Positions 9,814 to 17,930 of a stretch of 41,718 bases of DNA are shown here, in pieces. The position numbers and the translations under genes are program-made. The notes beneath the pieces are model-generated. The model had not been told where the DNA came from, did not search any database, and saw only the letters and a list, made by a program, of their open reading frames with translations. Every line of letters begins with the position of its first letter. Positions within the stretch are counted from its first letter, which is position 1. This stretch comes from a virus (lineage: Duplodnaviria; Caudoviricetes): the IMG/VR virus record IMGVR_UViG_3300025718_000015, positions 1-41,718 of that record; one strand, written 5' to 3'.

Positions 9814-10041
9814 TCAACCCTCCGTCATATTTATGGAAATTTGATTTAATCCGCATTGAAAATGAACAGATGTCTCACTGCTATCATGACGAACATTTAC
9901 CTGAGTGGGTTGGTCAATAGATTGTTTTAGTTGTTTATAGATCAAAAGCAGATAAGCCCTGGCGTTTTTCTGATCTAATGTTCCGGATCCGGCTACCGGG
10001 GGCACTGGTACATTGGTCGTAATAATTTGTTTTTGTTTCAT
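9814..10041 (-). CDS. Small hypothetical protein behind a structured leader
   Basis: MKQKQIITTNVPVPP...; its ATG is adjacent to a 17-bp inverted repeat arm. Confidence 0.5.
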   Translation of the reverse strand: MKQKQIITTNVPVPPVAGSGTLDQKNARAYLLLIYKQLKQSIDQPTQVNVRHDSSETSVHFQCGLNQISINMTEG

Positions 10042-10044
10042 TTC

Positions 10045-10243
10045 GATTGATTTGTTTAGCGTTTTATGGTACAGAAAAACGGCTGTACACTTCCCCGTCG
10101 CTAAACAAATCAATCCCGAGCATGCTCAAAAAAGAAAGGAAATAATACAGCCGTCAGCCTTTAATATCTGTACGGAAATGGGCATAAAAAAAGCCCTGAA
10201 GAACGGGCAATATTTAAATTGCTCGGGGAATTATTTGTTTAGC
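10045..10243 (-). ncRNA. Structured leader/antisense-type regulatory RNA (alternative pairings)
   Basis: 10045-10061 pairs perfectly with 10099-10115. 10100-10122 can alternatively pair with 10220-10243. 10079-10087 pairs with 10146-10154. Confidence 0.55.
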
Positions 10244-10310
10244 TGGTGCAAATATCAGAATAGTTTTTGAATTAGCAATACATAAACAAAATTATTTTCA
10301 AAAAAAACTA

Positions 10311-10655
10311 TTACCAGGATGCATACAGCGATCCACGTTTACCTTCAGGAATATCACAGTATATGGTGAACTGTTGTGGCTTTTTCATAAAATCAAACCG
10401 ATTACCATCACTATCTGCAAATTGCATCATCCCAACCGTATAAGTTTCACCTGATTTAATAGTACAATCCTTTAGCATAAATTTATCATTTATCTCCATT
10501 ACTGCATTTGTATAATCAAATATGTCATTGTTTTTGATTACAAATTGGGTACCGCTGAATCCGACTGTCGCGTTTAGATCAACATAATTCTTTTCACTAC
10601 TGGAGCAGGAATTTAATAAAATTGCCATTACAGCCAGAAATAAAATTTTTTTCAT
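10311..10655 (-). CDS. Lipoprotein moron
   Basis: Lipobox LLNSC; AT-rich. Confidence 0.75.
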   Translation of the reverse strand: MKKILFLAVMAILLNSCSSSEKNYVDLNATVGFSGTQFVIKNNDIFDYTNAVMEINDKFMLKDCTIKSGETYTVGMMQFADSDGNRFDFMKKPQQFTIYCDIPEGKRGSLYASW

Positions 10656-10681
10656 AACATTAATTTTTAAAAGATTATATA

Positions 10682-10918
10682 TTAATTACAACAACTTCTG
10701 TCAACATATACTTTGTTACCATTGCTATTTATATAATAACATCCACCTTGAGTTCCTTTATATAATGTTTTACCACTACCACAACCAGAAGAAGATGAAC
10801 TACCAGATGAGCCACTAGAAGGCGGATTGTTCGATGGGCAATCGGTACAAATCGGTTCATTTACCTTGCAAGCAATACACACCAGCAAAATTATTGCTGT
10901 AAATAAAACTTTTTTCAT
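10682..10918 (-). CDS. Small lipoprotein with PBCV basic-adaptor-like C-terminus
   Basis: Lipobox CIAC, Ser/Gly linker, then GTQGGCYYINSNGNKVYV. Confidence 0.7.
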   Translation of the reverse strand: MKKVLFTAIILLVCIACKVNEPICTDCPSNNPPSSGSSGSSSSSGCGSGKTLYKGTQGGCYYINSNGNKVYVDRSCCN

Positions 10919-10947
10919 AACATAAATTTTAAAGTTGATAATAAGGC

Positions 10948-11433
10948 TTATTTGCGTTTTATATACGTTTTATTTCCATGTGAATTAATATAATATTGAC
11001 CTCCTCTCGGTCCAGTTTGAATTGTTCTACTACCAGATGAATTACTTTCTGATGTAGAACTACTTTTTGTTGTAGTTATTGTTGTTTTATTATGCTGCCA
11101 ACAGTAATCACTTCCAAGCTGTGCCATTCTACTACATCTTTTTCCTGCAGCCGTTATCGCTTTACATTGATCTGATTTAATATTTTCTTCCTTTAAAGTA
11201 TTTGGCTGATCTAGGATATTATTCTCAGTTTTTATATCAACAAAATTAATATCATTTTTAATTGCTGTTAAAATATTGAATAGTTGATTAACTTTAATTT
11301 CCATCTCTCTTATTTTAATCGATTGATCTTGAATTACTATTTTACAAGAATCAATCTGCTGTTGCATTTTTTTTGTTTGTGCATTAGATAGTATGTAACT
11401 TAAAACAAAAACTAAAAGCATTAATTTTTTCAT
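10948..11433 (-). CDS. Secreted protein with coiled coil, C3H zinc-finger-like motif and PBCV basic-adaptor-like C-terminus
   Basis: Signal peptide; QCKAITAAGKRCSR...YCWQH; TGPRGGQYYINSHGNKTYI. Confidence 0.75.
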   Translation of the reverse strand: MKKLMLLVFVLSYILSNAQTKKMQQQIDSCKIVIQDQSIKIREMEIKVNQLFNILTAIKNDINFVDIKTENNILDQPNTLKEENIKSDQCKAITAAGKRCSRMAQLGSDYCWQHNKTTITTTKSSSTSESNSSGSRTIQTGPRGGQYYINSHGNKTYIKRK

Positions 11434-11472
11434 ACATTTTATTTTTAAAGGTTGATACTAAATATTTCCGCA

Positions 11473-11480
11473 CAAAGATA
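11473..11480 (-). promoter_or_regulatory. Bacteroidetes sigma-A type -7 element for the moron cluster
   Basis: TATCTTTG matches TAnnTTTG, 40 nt upstream of the ATG at 11433. Confidence 0.55.
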
Positions 11481-11510
11481 TAAAAAATGTTTAAATCATC
11501 ACGCATTTAG

Positions 11511-11741
11511 ATGTACACAGATGCAAGGAGATGTAAAATGAGGTAAAACCAGGTACAACCATGTAAAATATACCTAATCTTGATACCTAATCTCATTTCA
11601 AAGTAAAATACTAAATTACAAACAGTTGAAAATAAATAACTCAATAGTTACCTAATCATGATACCTAATGTTGTGAGGTTAACCTAACGTTAGGTTAACC
11701 TCATTCTATTCTTTCTCACTCTCTCCCGATAGCTATCGGGA
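11511..11741. repeat. Repeat cluster: six 10-nt degenerate tandem units, four TACCTAAT direct repeats, a perfect 30-bp palindrome and an 18-bp palindrome
   Basis: Tandem units at 11511-11570; TACCTAAT at 11571, 11584, 11649 and 11662; TGAGGTTAACCTAACGTTAGGTTAACCTCA at 11674-11703; TCCCGATAGCTATCGGGA at 11724-11741. Confidence 0.8.
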
Positions 11742-11772
11742 TTGGAGAGGGTTGGGGTGAGGTCAAAAAAAA

Positions 11773-11800
11773 CCGTTCCGAACTTCACAGCCCAGAACGG
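11773..11800 (-). terminator. Hairpin with CTGTGAAG loop and U-tract ending the portal operon
   Basis: CCGTTC...GAACGG stem followed by T8 on the minus strand. Confidence 0.65.
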
Positions 11801-11844
11801 ATATCAACCTTAATTAATCATGTATGAAAAACAAAAAATGAGTA

Positions 11845-12648
11845 TTATTCAGTAGGGGTGTTCTTTTCTTCAGCTTCCAACAAATAATCGAGCGAGTAAA
11901 GTATATTGTAGAGCTGATCCTGTTTGTAAAGCCGTTTCTTCTCCGGATCCGCTTTAGCCACATAGTCCAGCAATTTTTGTTGTCCATCGTAAGGGTTACC
12001 GGTAGGTTGTCCATCACCGGCATCTGGGAACACCCTTGGAAACTTATCGGCAATATACCGGCAGGATCCTATCCAGTACCATATCATCAACACCACCACT
12101 TCAGGGCGGATGCGCTTCATATGTTCCAGGTTCAGGTCTTCCGGGTTAAACGCTTTCTTATCCCTCCGGAACATACAACCCAGCCAGGCATAAATCGCTT
12201 CCGGATTATTATCTTTCATCACGTCATAAGTCTGCAGATAAATATACTGATCGTAAATCAAATCTGTCAGGGAATCTTTTGGTGAAAAAAACTTTCTGCC
12301 TTTAATTTTCAATTCAGGATAATGATTTACCGTTAACCGGTTATCGAAAAAACACTTTCCATCTTCATCCGGCTTCGTCCACAGATAATCAAATACGGAT
12401 GAAGCATTGGCCACATCTGCAGCAGTCAGCGCAAAAGTATTTTTACGAATGGATATCCTGAAATATCCCGGGTTCTTCATACGCTTCACGTGGGCACCCA
12501 AACAAATAAAAAGCATCTTGATCTTTATTTCCTGTATGGGTATTTCCGTGGCCACCAATTTCGATAAACTTATAAGTTGATCCGTAGTCATCTCATCCAT
12601 CTTTTCAGGAAGCGGAAATACAAACTTTTCGATATGTAGATTTTTCAT
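11845..12648 (-). CDS. Hypothetical phage protein (possible tail assembly chaperone)
   Basis: 267 aa, coupled to the upstream gene. Confidence 0.6.
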   Translation of the reverse strand: MKNLHIEKFVFPLPEKMDEMTTDQLISLSKLVATEIPIQEIKIKMLFICLGAHVKRMKNPGYFRISIRKNTFALTAADVANASSVFDYLWTKPDEDGKCFFDNRLTVNHYPELKIKGRKFFSPKDSLTDLIYDQYIYLQTYDVMKDNNPEAIYAWLGCMFRRDKKAFNPEDLNLEHMKRIRPEVVVLMIWYWIGSCRYIADKFPRVFPDAGDGQPTGNPYDGQQKLLDYVAKADPEKKRLYKQDQLYNILYSLDYLLEAEEKNTPTE

Positions 12649-13595
12649 TAGCCCTCCATATTGAATATTTTCACTTCAGTAGAATTAAATTCCATAGCCA
12701 TATTTACTACCTCAATACCAAACTCCACAGCGTATTTATTCAAAAGTTGCTGTATCCGGTTAAAGTAATAAATGGCTTGTTCGGCAAAGAAATTCCCCTC
12801 ATTTTGAGTATCGGAATAAATTGGCCGGATAAGTGGTTTATACTCTCTCGTGTCCGAACCGCTTCGGTTTGCCTTACTCGCCTGGCTTGTGTGAAGCTCC
12901 GCTGTCTTACAAGCCACAAATCGACGGATAGCAGCAATTACCGCTATTTCGGCAGGTGTTTGTAGACTGTCCAGTTTACCCCGTAAAGTTGCATCCAGTG
13001 TTTCGCCTATCATTTCATTGATAAAGCGGAGTTCTATCATGCCCATTGACGGGCGAAGGCTTTCAAAGGTCAACCGGCTATAATCGATATCTACCAGCCC
13101 TATTTCCTGAAACTGTGTAGCTGTTTGAATATAATTACCACCCCTGAGCGTGTAGAACCGGCTTGCTTTCCATTCCGGAAATAAGTCTGCATTTGTCTCC
13201 AGGTATTCCAGTACCTGATCCAAATATTGAAATCCCCGTCTCTCCAGGCTTTCTTCTATCTTCGCTATTTTGGTGTCACTGGCCGGAACATAACCTGTGG
13301 CGCCATCCTGCTTGGAAACTGTAAAACCACTGTCACTAAATCTGACGGATAGTTCGGCATTTCCACACCATAAAGCCAACGGTCCTAATGCCAGCCGTGT
13401 AAGTGCAAGTAATTTTGTGGCACGTTCGGGAACTGCAACATCTTCCAGTATTTCTACCAGCTCCGTGCCCAGGTAACGTACCAGATACATGTCGCGGGCG
13501 GTCTGAAGAAATGGTTCTACCGTTTCAAATGGTATGGCAGTATTTAACTTTACTGTCTTCCGGAGTTGCTCTATTGTTGAAATGATTGCACTCAT
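12648..13595 (-). CDS. Putative head-tail adaptor (DUF6712-like)
   Basis: 315 aa directly after portal; internally duplicated pattern (YLVRYLGTEL / FINEMIGETL). Confidence 0.6.
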   Translation of the reverse strand: MSAIISTIEQLRKTVKLNTAIPFETVEPFLQTARDMYLVRYLGTELVEILEDVAVPERATKLLALTRLALGPLALWCGNAELSVRFSDSGFTVSKQDGATGYVPASDTKIAKIEESLERRGFQYLDQVLEYLETNADLFPEWKASRFYTLRGGNYIQTATQFQEIGLVDIDYSRLTFESLRPSMGMIELRFINEMIGETLDATLRGKLDSLQTPAEIAVIAAIRRFVACKTAELHTSQASKANRSGSDTREYKPLIRPIYSDTQNEGNFFAEQAIYYFNRIQQLLNKYAVEFGIEVVNMAMEFNSTEVKIFNMEG

Positions 13596-13598
13596 AGT

Positions 13599-15005
13599 CT
13601 ATACTTTTTGATTACCAATTGATTTTACAGCACCGGTGCCCTGGTCCAATGTGGTGAGCATAATATTAGGAATAATGAAATGGATATCCGGATCCCAACC
13701 GTTTATTGCTTTCACCAGGTAAAGCGGTGCAACCAACAAATCACGGATAGGTTTCATCATGGCTTGCTTAATGATAAACAATTCCCGGGCTTCAGTTCCG
13801 TTTATCGATTTACCTTTCCCCGGAGTTGCTCCCACAATGGATGGGTGTACGCCCATGGCATTACTCATAATATTGGTTACTTCCTCGCTGTCGTCAATAT
13901 ATTCACCACCTTTGAAAAAACTTTCAATAGGCTTAATAATGATATCATTGATTTCATAGCCTTTCACTTTATCGTACTCGAAGTGTGACACAAATGATTT
14001 ACCGGCATTTTCTTCTCCGGCAAGGAAACCATTCATATCAGTCAAGAACTTCGTTCTCCGGAGTTTCTGAGCTTCCATTTCGGTAATTCCTTCCTGTTTA
14101 AATAACTTTGGCCAAAAAGTAATATTGATCTTCACATCATACTTCAGTACCATTTGATTTTTAAGCAGTGCTTTTTTAAATGCCGGGATAGCACAGGCAA
14201 AATCATACCAGTCGGTAAATATGGACCACCAGTAAGGTTTTCCGTTATAATATCTGCCCGGCGTTGGTAACATCAGCTGGAGCATAAACCGCTTATCTTT
14301 TGATATTACTTTTTTCTTTGCCAATGGATCCAATTCAATTCCTAATCTACGTTTCAGATCCAGTATGGCAATACGTCTGTCCAGGAGCGGAGTCAGAGCA
14401 ATTGTTTCTGCCGAAGCATTTACCCAGTCCAGGCAGAATCCGTGAAATTCAATTTTGCCGGTAATTAAGTTTACCAGTGACACACGGCTATTAATCGATT
14501 CGCAGGGCTGTAGCGAATAAATTTTATTACTGCCGGCTTCCAGAATAAGTTCTACATAGCCTTCGTAGAATACCGTTAAGTCATTCGACCATTCCTGTTG
14601 TGAATTTATATAATTATTATCTTCAAGAAATTTGAATATATCAGGTTGCTCACTGGCTAATTGTTCCTCCAGTTTTATTTCCCTGGTTGTGGGATCCTTT
14701 ACTTTCTTCACTACCATAATCCCATCACCGTATGCCATTTTAGAGTTAAACTCTATATTTGAGCCTACGGTTGTTTGGGCATAAACTTTCTCCATTACTT
14801 CAATGGGGAGTTTGTTATTCTGGCCACGGCGAACAAACTTAACCGGTGCCTTCACTCCTTTGAACTCAAAGTCCTGCGTTGGAGTATTGGTGTCACCGAC
14901 CATATCCTTGCTATCCGTCATTACTACCATGGCCTTACCACCTGCCAGGAATGCACTTGCACCAAAATCAAATACTTCAGTAACAACTTTTTGTTTATTT
15001 GCCAT
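13599..15005 (-). CDS. Portal protein
   Basis: 468 aa; FLAGEENAGKSF, AMGVHPSIVG and GTEARELF motifs typical of Bacteroidetes phage portals. Confidence 0.8.
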   Translation of the reverse strand: MANKQKVVTEVFDFGASAFLAGGKAMVVMTDSKDMVGDTNTPTQDFEFKGVKAPVKFVRRGQNNKLPIEVMEKVYAQTTVGSNIEFNSKMAYGDGIMVVKKVKDPTTREIKLEEQLASEQPDIFKFLEDNNYINSQQEWSNDLTVFYEGYVELILEAGSNKIYSLQPCESINSRVSLVNLITGKIEFHGFCLDWVNASAETIALTPLLDRRIAILDLKRRLGIELDPLAKKKVISKDKRFMLQLMLPTPGRYYNGKPYWWSIFTDWYDFACAIPAFKKALLKNQMVLKYDVKINITFWPKLFKQEGITEMEAQKLRRTKFLTDMNGFLAGEENAGKSFVSHFEYDKVKGYEINDIIIKPIESFFKGGEYIDDSEEVTNIMSNAMGVHPSIVGATPGKGKSINGTEARELFIIKQAMMKPIRDLLVAPLYLVKAINGWDPDIHFIIPNIMLTTLDQGTGAVKSIGNQKV

Positions 15006-15256
15006 TATAAATAGACTTTACATTCATTAAACCTTATAATCAATACTTTCCGAAAAGAATGAGGAATTTTATTTCCTTCAGTCATTATGTTTACCGTCGA
15101 ACCTTTAGAGTGAATACTGGTCAGCGTAGCATTCTTATAAGTTTCAAGTTCACCGCTCAGCTTTGCATACCGGAATGAAAATGGCTTCGGTTTTCCTGTC
15201 CGGTCCTTCTCCTCCATAATTTTCCAAATCTTCGATATGTGTATCCGCTTTCCCAT
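15005..15256 (-). CDS. Hypothetical protein preceding portal
   Basis: Start reassigned to MGKRIHISK, downstream of promoter copy 5. Confidence 0.65.
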   Translation of the reverse strand: MGKRIHISKIWKIMEEKDRTGKPKPFSFRYAKLSGELETYKNATLTSIHSKGSTVNIMTEGNKIPHSFRKVLIIRFNECKVYL

Positions 15257-15276
15257 TCCTTTCCAAATTCGATAAG

Positions 15277-15312
15277 CAAAGATACTTTTAGCAGATAGTG
15301 GGATAAAGGACA
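15277..15312 (-). promoter_or_regulatory. Putative late promoter, copy 5 (TGTCCTTT-N20-TATCTTTG)
   Basis: Perfect -7 element at the conserved spacing. Confidence 0.7.
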
Positions 15313-15485
15313 AAAAAAATACTCCAGCCTGTAAGGATGGAGTACCAATAGTCTAAATTTTATATTTTCAACTCTACCCCTTGTGGGTGTTTTCCGTCTT
15401 TTTGCTACTTTTTGACGGCGACAAAAAGTAGTCCGGACGCACCAAAGCACCCCTATTTAGGTGCTCACAGTGGATATGCTGACGT

Positions 15486-16193
15486 TTAAAGCATTAAGTC
15501 AACCGATGCAAACATTAAATCTAAAGTCGTTTGTACGGGCTTTATTTCCATTAGTTTAATAATTTCGGGTTTTATCTCCTCAATTATAGTATCAATTTTT
15601 GAAAGATCTGTTTCCCGGATATAAGGAATTAAATAAATAGGGTGAATCTTAACGCTCCACCTGTGCCACTCTTCCATTCTTAAACTATCCATGTGAGAAA
15701 TACAACCTTTCAACCCATTCAGACACAGATTAATAATTGTCATTTGGCAACATTGCAAGTCAATATCAGCGCCCCAAAATTCTAAATTTCGGTTAACCTT
15801 TGCAGCACTCAGGAACATACGCCCACTACCACAACAGCAGTCTGAAACGGTTTCACCGTCATTTGTCGGGTTCGTAATCTTTGCCATAAAATCACAAAGC
15901 GACTCAGGCGTAAAAAACTGACCGCGTCTTTCATTGCTCAATATCTCCATAAAATAATCACCCAGACAATCTTTTAAACCGCTTCCCTTATTATCCATGT
16001 CAATGGTCATACAGGCGAATGCATAAGAAAAAGCCAACATTTCATCTTTGGAATAATGTTTTGCAAGTTTCAAATATTCATCCTCTTTTGTCTGCATGGA
16101 TAAAGCACACACGGCAAAAGTAAGAAAGTCACAAAATGCCTTGCTACGTCCTACCCTTCGCCCTGCCTGCTCTATGTGTTTTTGAAAATTCAT
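15486..16193 (-). CDS. N6-adenine DNA methyltransferase-like protein (HsdM-like fragment)
   Basis: GQFFTP and DCCCGSGRMF SAM-binding motif; no NPPY/F catalytic motif visible. Confidence 0.8.
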   Translation of the reverse strand: MNFQKHIEQAGRRVGRSKAFCDFLTFAVCALSMQTKEDEYLKLAKHYSKDEMLAFSYAFACMTIDMDNKGSGLKDCLGDYFMEILSNERRGQFFTPESLCDFMAKITNPTNDGETVSDCCCGSGRMFLSAAKVNRNLEFWGADIDLQCCQMTIINLCLNGLKGCISHMDSLRMEEWHRWSVKIHPIYLIPYIRETDLSKIDTIIEEIKPEIIKLMEIKPVQTTLDLMFASVDLML

Positions 16194-16435
16194 GCTACTT
16201 CTAAATGTAAACCGTTCAACAAAGTAAGTAAGGCAGGATTTTTAATTTGTAAGTCGGTCAGCATTTCAGTTGCTTTGCTCTTAGTAATTATAATTTCATT
16301 TTTATGAATTTCAACTTTTACCATGTCTCCCACTTCGAAACCAAACTTTTTTAAATAATCTCCTTTTAGGTTGATGCCTTGTGTGTATCGCTTTCCCTGT
16401 GCCATCCTGCACACGGTTAATATTTTTTCTATCAT
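16190..16435 (-). CDS. SymE/AbrB-fold family protein
   Basis: INLKGDYLKKFGFEVGDMVKVEI matches the SymE-type pattern. Confidence 0.6.
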   Translation of the reverse strand: MIEKILTVCRMAQGKRYTQGINLKGDYLKKFGFEVGDMVKVEIHKNEIIITKSKATEMLTDLQIKNPALLTLLNGLHLEVA

Positions 16436-16839
16436 GCTGCTGTATTCCTTTCTATTACCTGAAGTTCAGAGAACACAAAACATAAAGGATAAAAATCTGA
16501 TTCTTTTTCGTCTCCCTCTGTGAAAGTTAATTCATCTTTTTTATCCAACTTTTTAGGAGACCCCCACAATAACAAAGCGTGTTCCCCTTTTATTATGCTT
16601 TTTCCTGCTTCGTTCCATTGCTTCAATGTCTTTAGGTTCTTATGTCCTTGCTCTGCGTAGAAATCAACTAAACCCTCATTAATAGTATTATAAACTGCAA
16701 GTTTAACAAGCTCTTTAATAGGTTTAGAAATCTCTTTCAATTCGTTACGTTTTGCCCTGATGGCTTCCAGTTGCTTTTCAGTTGGTTTCTTTTTGCTGAA
16801 AAATTTACGTTTTTCTTTGTTTTCTGATATTGTTTTCAT
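16432..16839 (-). CDS. ArdC-like N-terminal ssDNA-binding domain protein
   Basis: KTLKQWNEAGKSIIKGEHA...FVFSELQV is an ArdC-N/DUF1738-like signature. Confidence 0.7.
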   Translation of the reverse strand: MKTISENKEKRKFFSKKKPTEKQLEAIRAKRNELKEISKPIKELVKLAVYNTINEGLVDFYAEQGHKNLKTLKQWNEAGKSIIKGEHALLLWGSPKKLDKKDELTFTEGDEKESDFYPLCFVFSELQVIERNTAA

Positions 16840-16889
16840 ATTTTTGTATCGCTTTATAAAATTAATTGTTTACAGACGCAATTATTTTT

Positions 16890-16919
16890 AATACCTGCAA
16901 GTTTCCGCTTGCAGGTATT
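16890..16919 (-). terminator. Rho-independent terminator-like hairpin
   Basis: 12-bp stem AATACCTGCAAG / CTTGCAGGTATT. Confidence 0.6.
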
Positions 16920-16925
16920 TTTGTT

Positions 16926-17360
16926 TTATGCTGCAAAAGTTTTTATCAACTCCCGTTCTACCTCGTTAATCGCTTCATCAAATTCCTCTTTCCAAAATTC
17001 AATTAACTTGCCTATTGTCTTAGGGCTTGCGCTCTTAAACTCTTCACCGTGTGCATCCGTAACCATTGCCGAAGCGTTATCTTCGTCGTGTTTAATGGCG
17101 AAGCGGTCCAACGATGTACGTTTTTCGCTTAACTTAGTATGCTTCTCCTGGAGAAGATATACTATTGTTGCCCGGCTTTTCAGTTCCTGTAGTGTTGGCT
17201 GTTTCTTTTCCTTGATAATTTCTTTTACTTTTTCCGTTGGTTCAACTTTTTCCGCTGTTGGTTTAACTTCTGTTTTTTCTGCAATTGCCAAAGTCGGTTT
17301 AACGATGGTCATGGTTGGAGTTGTTTGCTCTAATTTTTGAGTTGTTGCATTTGTTTTCAT
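16926..17360 (-). CDS. Hypothetical protein (Lys/Glu-rich)
   Basis: 144 aa; shares a leader motif with the ArdC-like gene. Confidence 0.7.
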   Translation of the reverse strand: MKTNATTQKLEQTTPTMTIVKPTLAIAEKTEVKPTAEKVEPTEKVKEIIKEKKQPTLQELKSRATIVYLLQEKHTKLSEKRTSLDRFAIKHDEDNASAMVTDAHGEEFKSASPKTIGKLIEFWKEEFDEAINEVERELIKTFAA

Positions 17361-17885
17361 TTTGCTTTATAAATTAAATTGTTAATTATATGCGTGGTTG
17401 AAATCCTTGTTTCTCCCTTTCGCTCTGCTAAATTACTACAATTTAGCGACATACGCAAATTTAATCTAATGATATACAGCTGTTTAAGTTATGCAAATCA
17501 ACATATCACTATGAATTGAATGTAATTTATATGCTTATTTATTGGCTAATCTCACAAAAAAAACTTTTAATCTTGGCAGCTATTTTTTGAAATATCATTT
17601 CAAGAATCAAATTAGAATAAGTCTGATTTTCTTGAAGTGTTAAACTAATTTAATAAAACAAGGTACTCCATTAGATTTTATTCAAAATCTAATATAAAAT
17701 TCTGATTCTCAAATTTCTTAAGGGGTGTATGAGGGGAATTTTTTCCACTCTGTGTACGTACGTACCACGCAACGCCCTAAAAAGAAGTTGCGCCTGCATA
17801 TTCTTTTTTACTGCAATATGCTGGTATGTTAATTTACCCCCCCTAAAACGCATCGCCCGCGCGCGGGTGTCCGATTCAAATAAAG

Positions 17886-17910
17886 AAGGCTGACAGATAC
17901 TGCCAGCCTT
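17886..17910 (-). terminator. Hairpin after terminase large subunit
   Basis: AAGGCTG...CAGCCTT stem 20 nt after the stop. Confidence 0.55.
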
Positions 17911-17930
17911 GAATAATAGATAGGTTGTTG

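Noticed and set aside
11511-11703. CRISPR array
   Set aside because: Repeats are only 8-10 nt with no unique 30-40 nt spacers, and there are no cas genes.
15486-16193. Complete restriction-modification system
   Set aside because: No HsdS, HsdR or restriction endonuclease nearby, and the catalytic motif IV is not visible.
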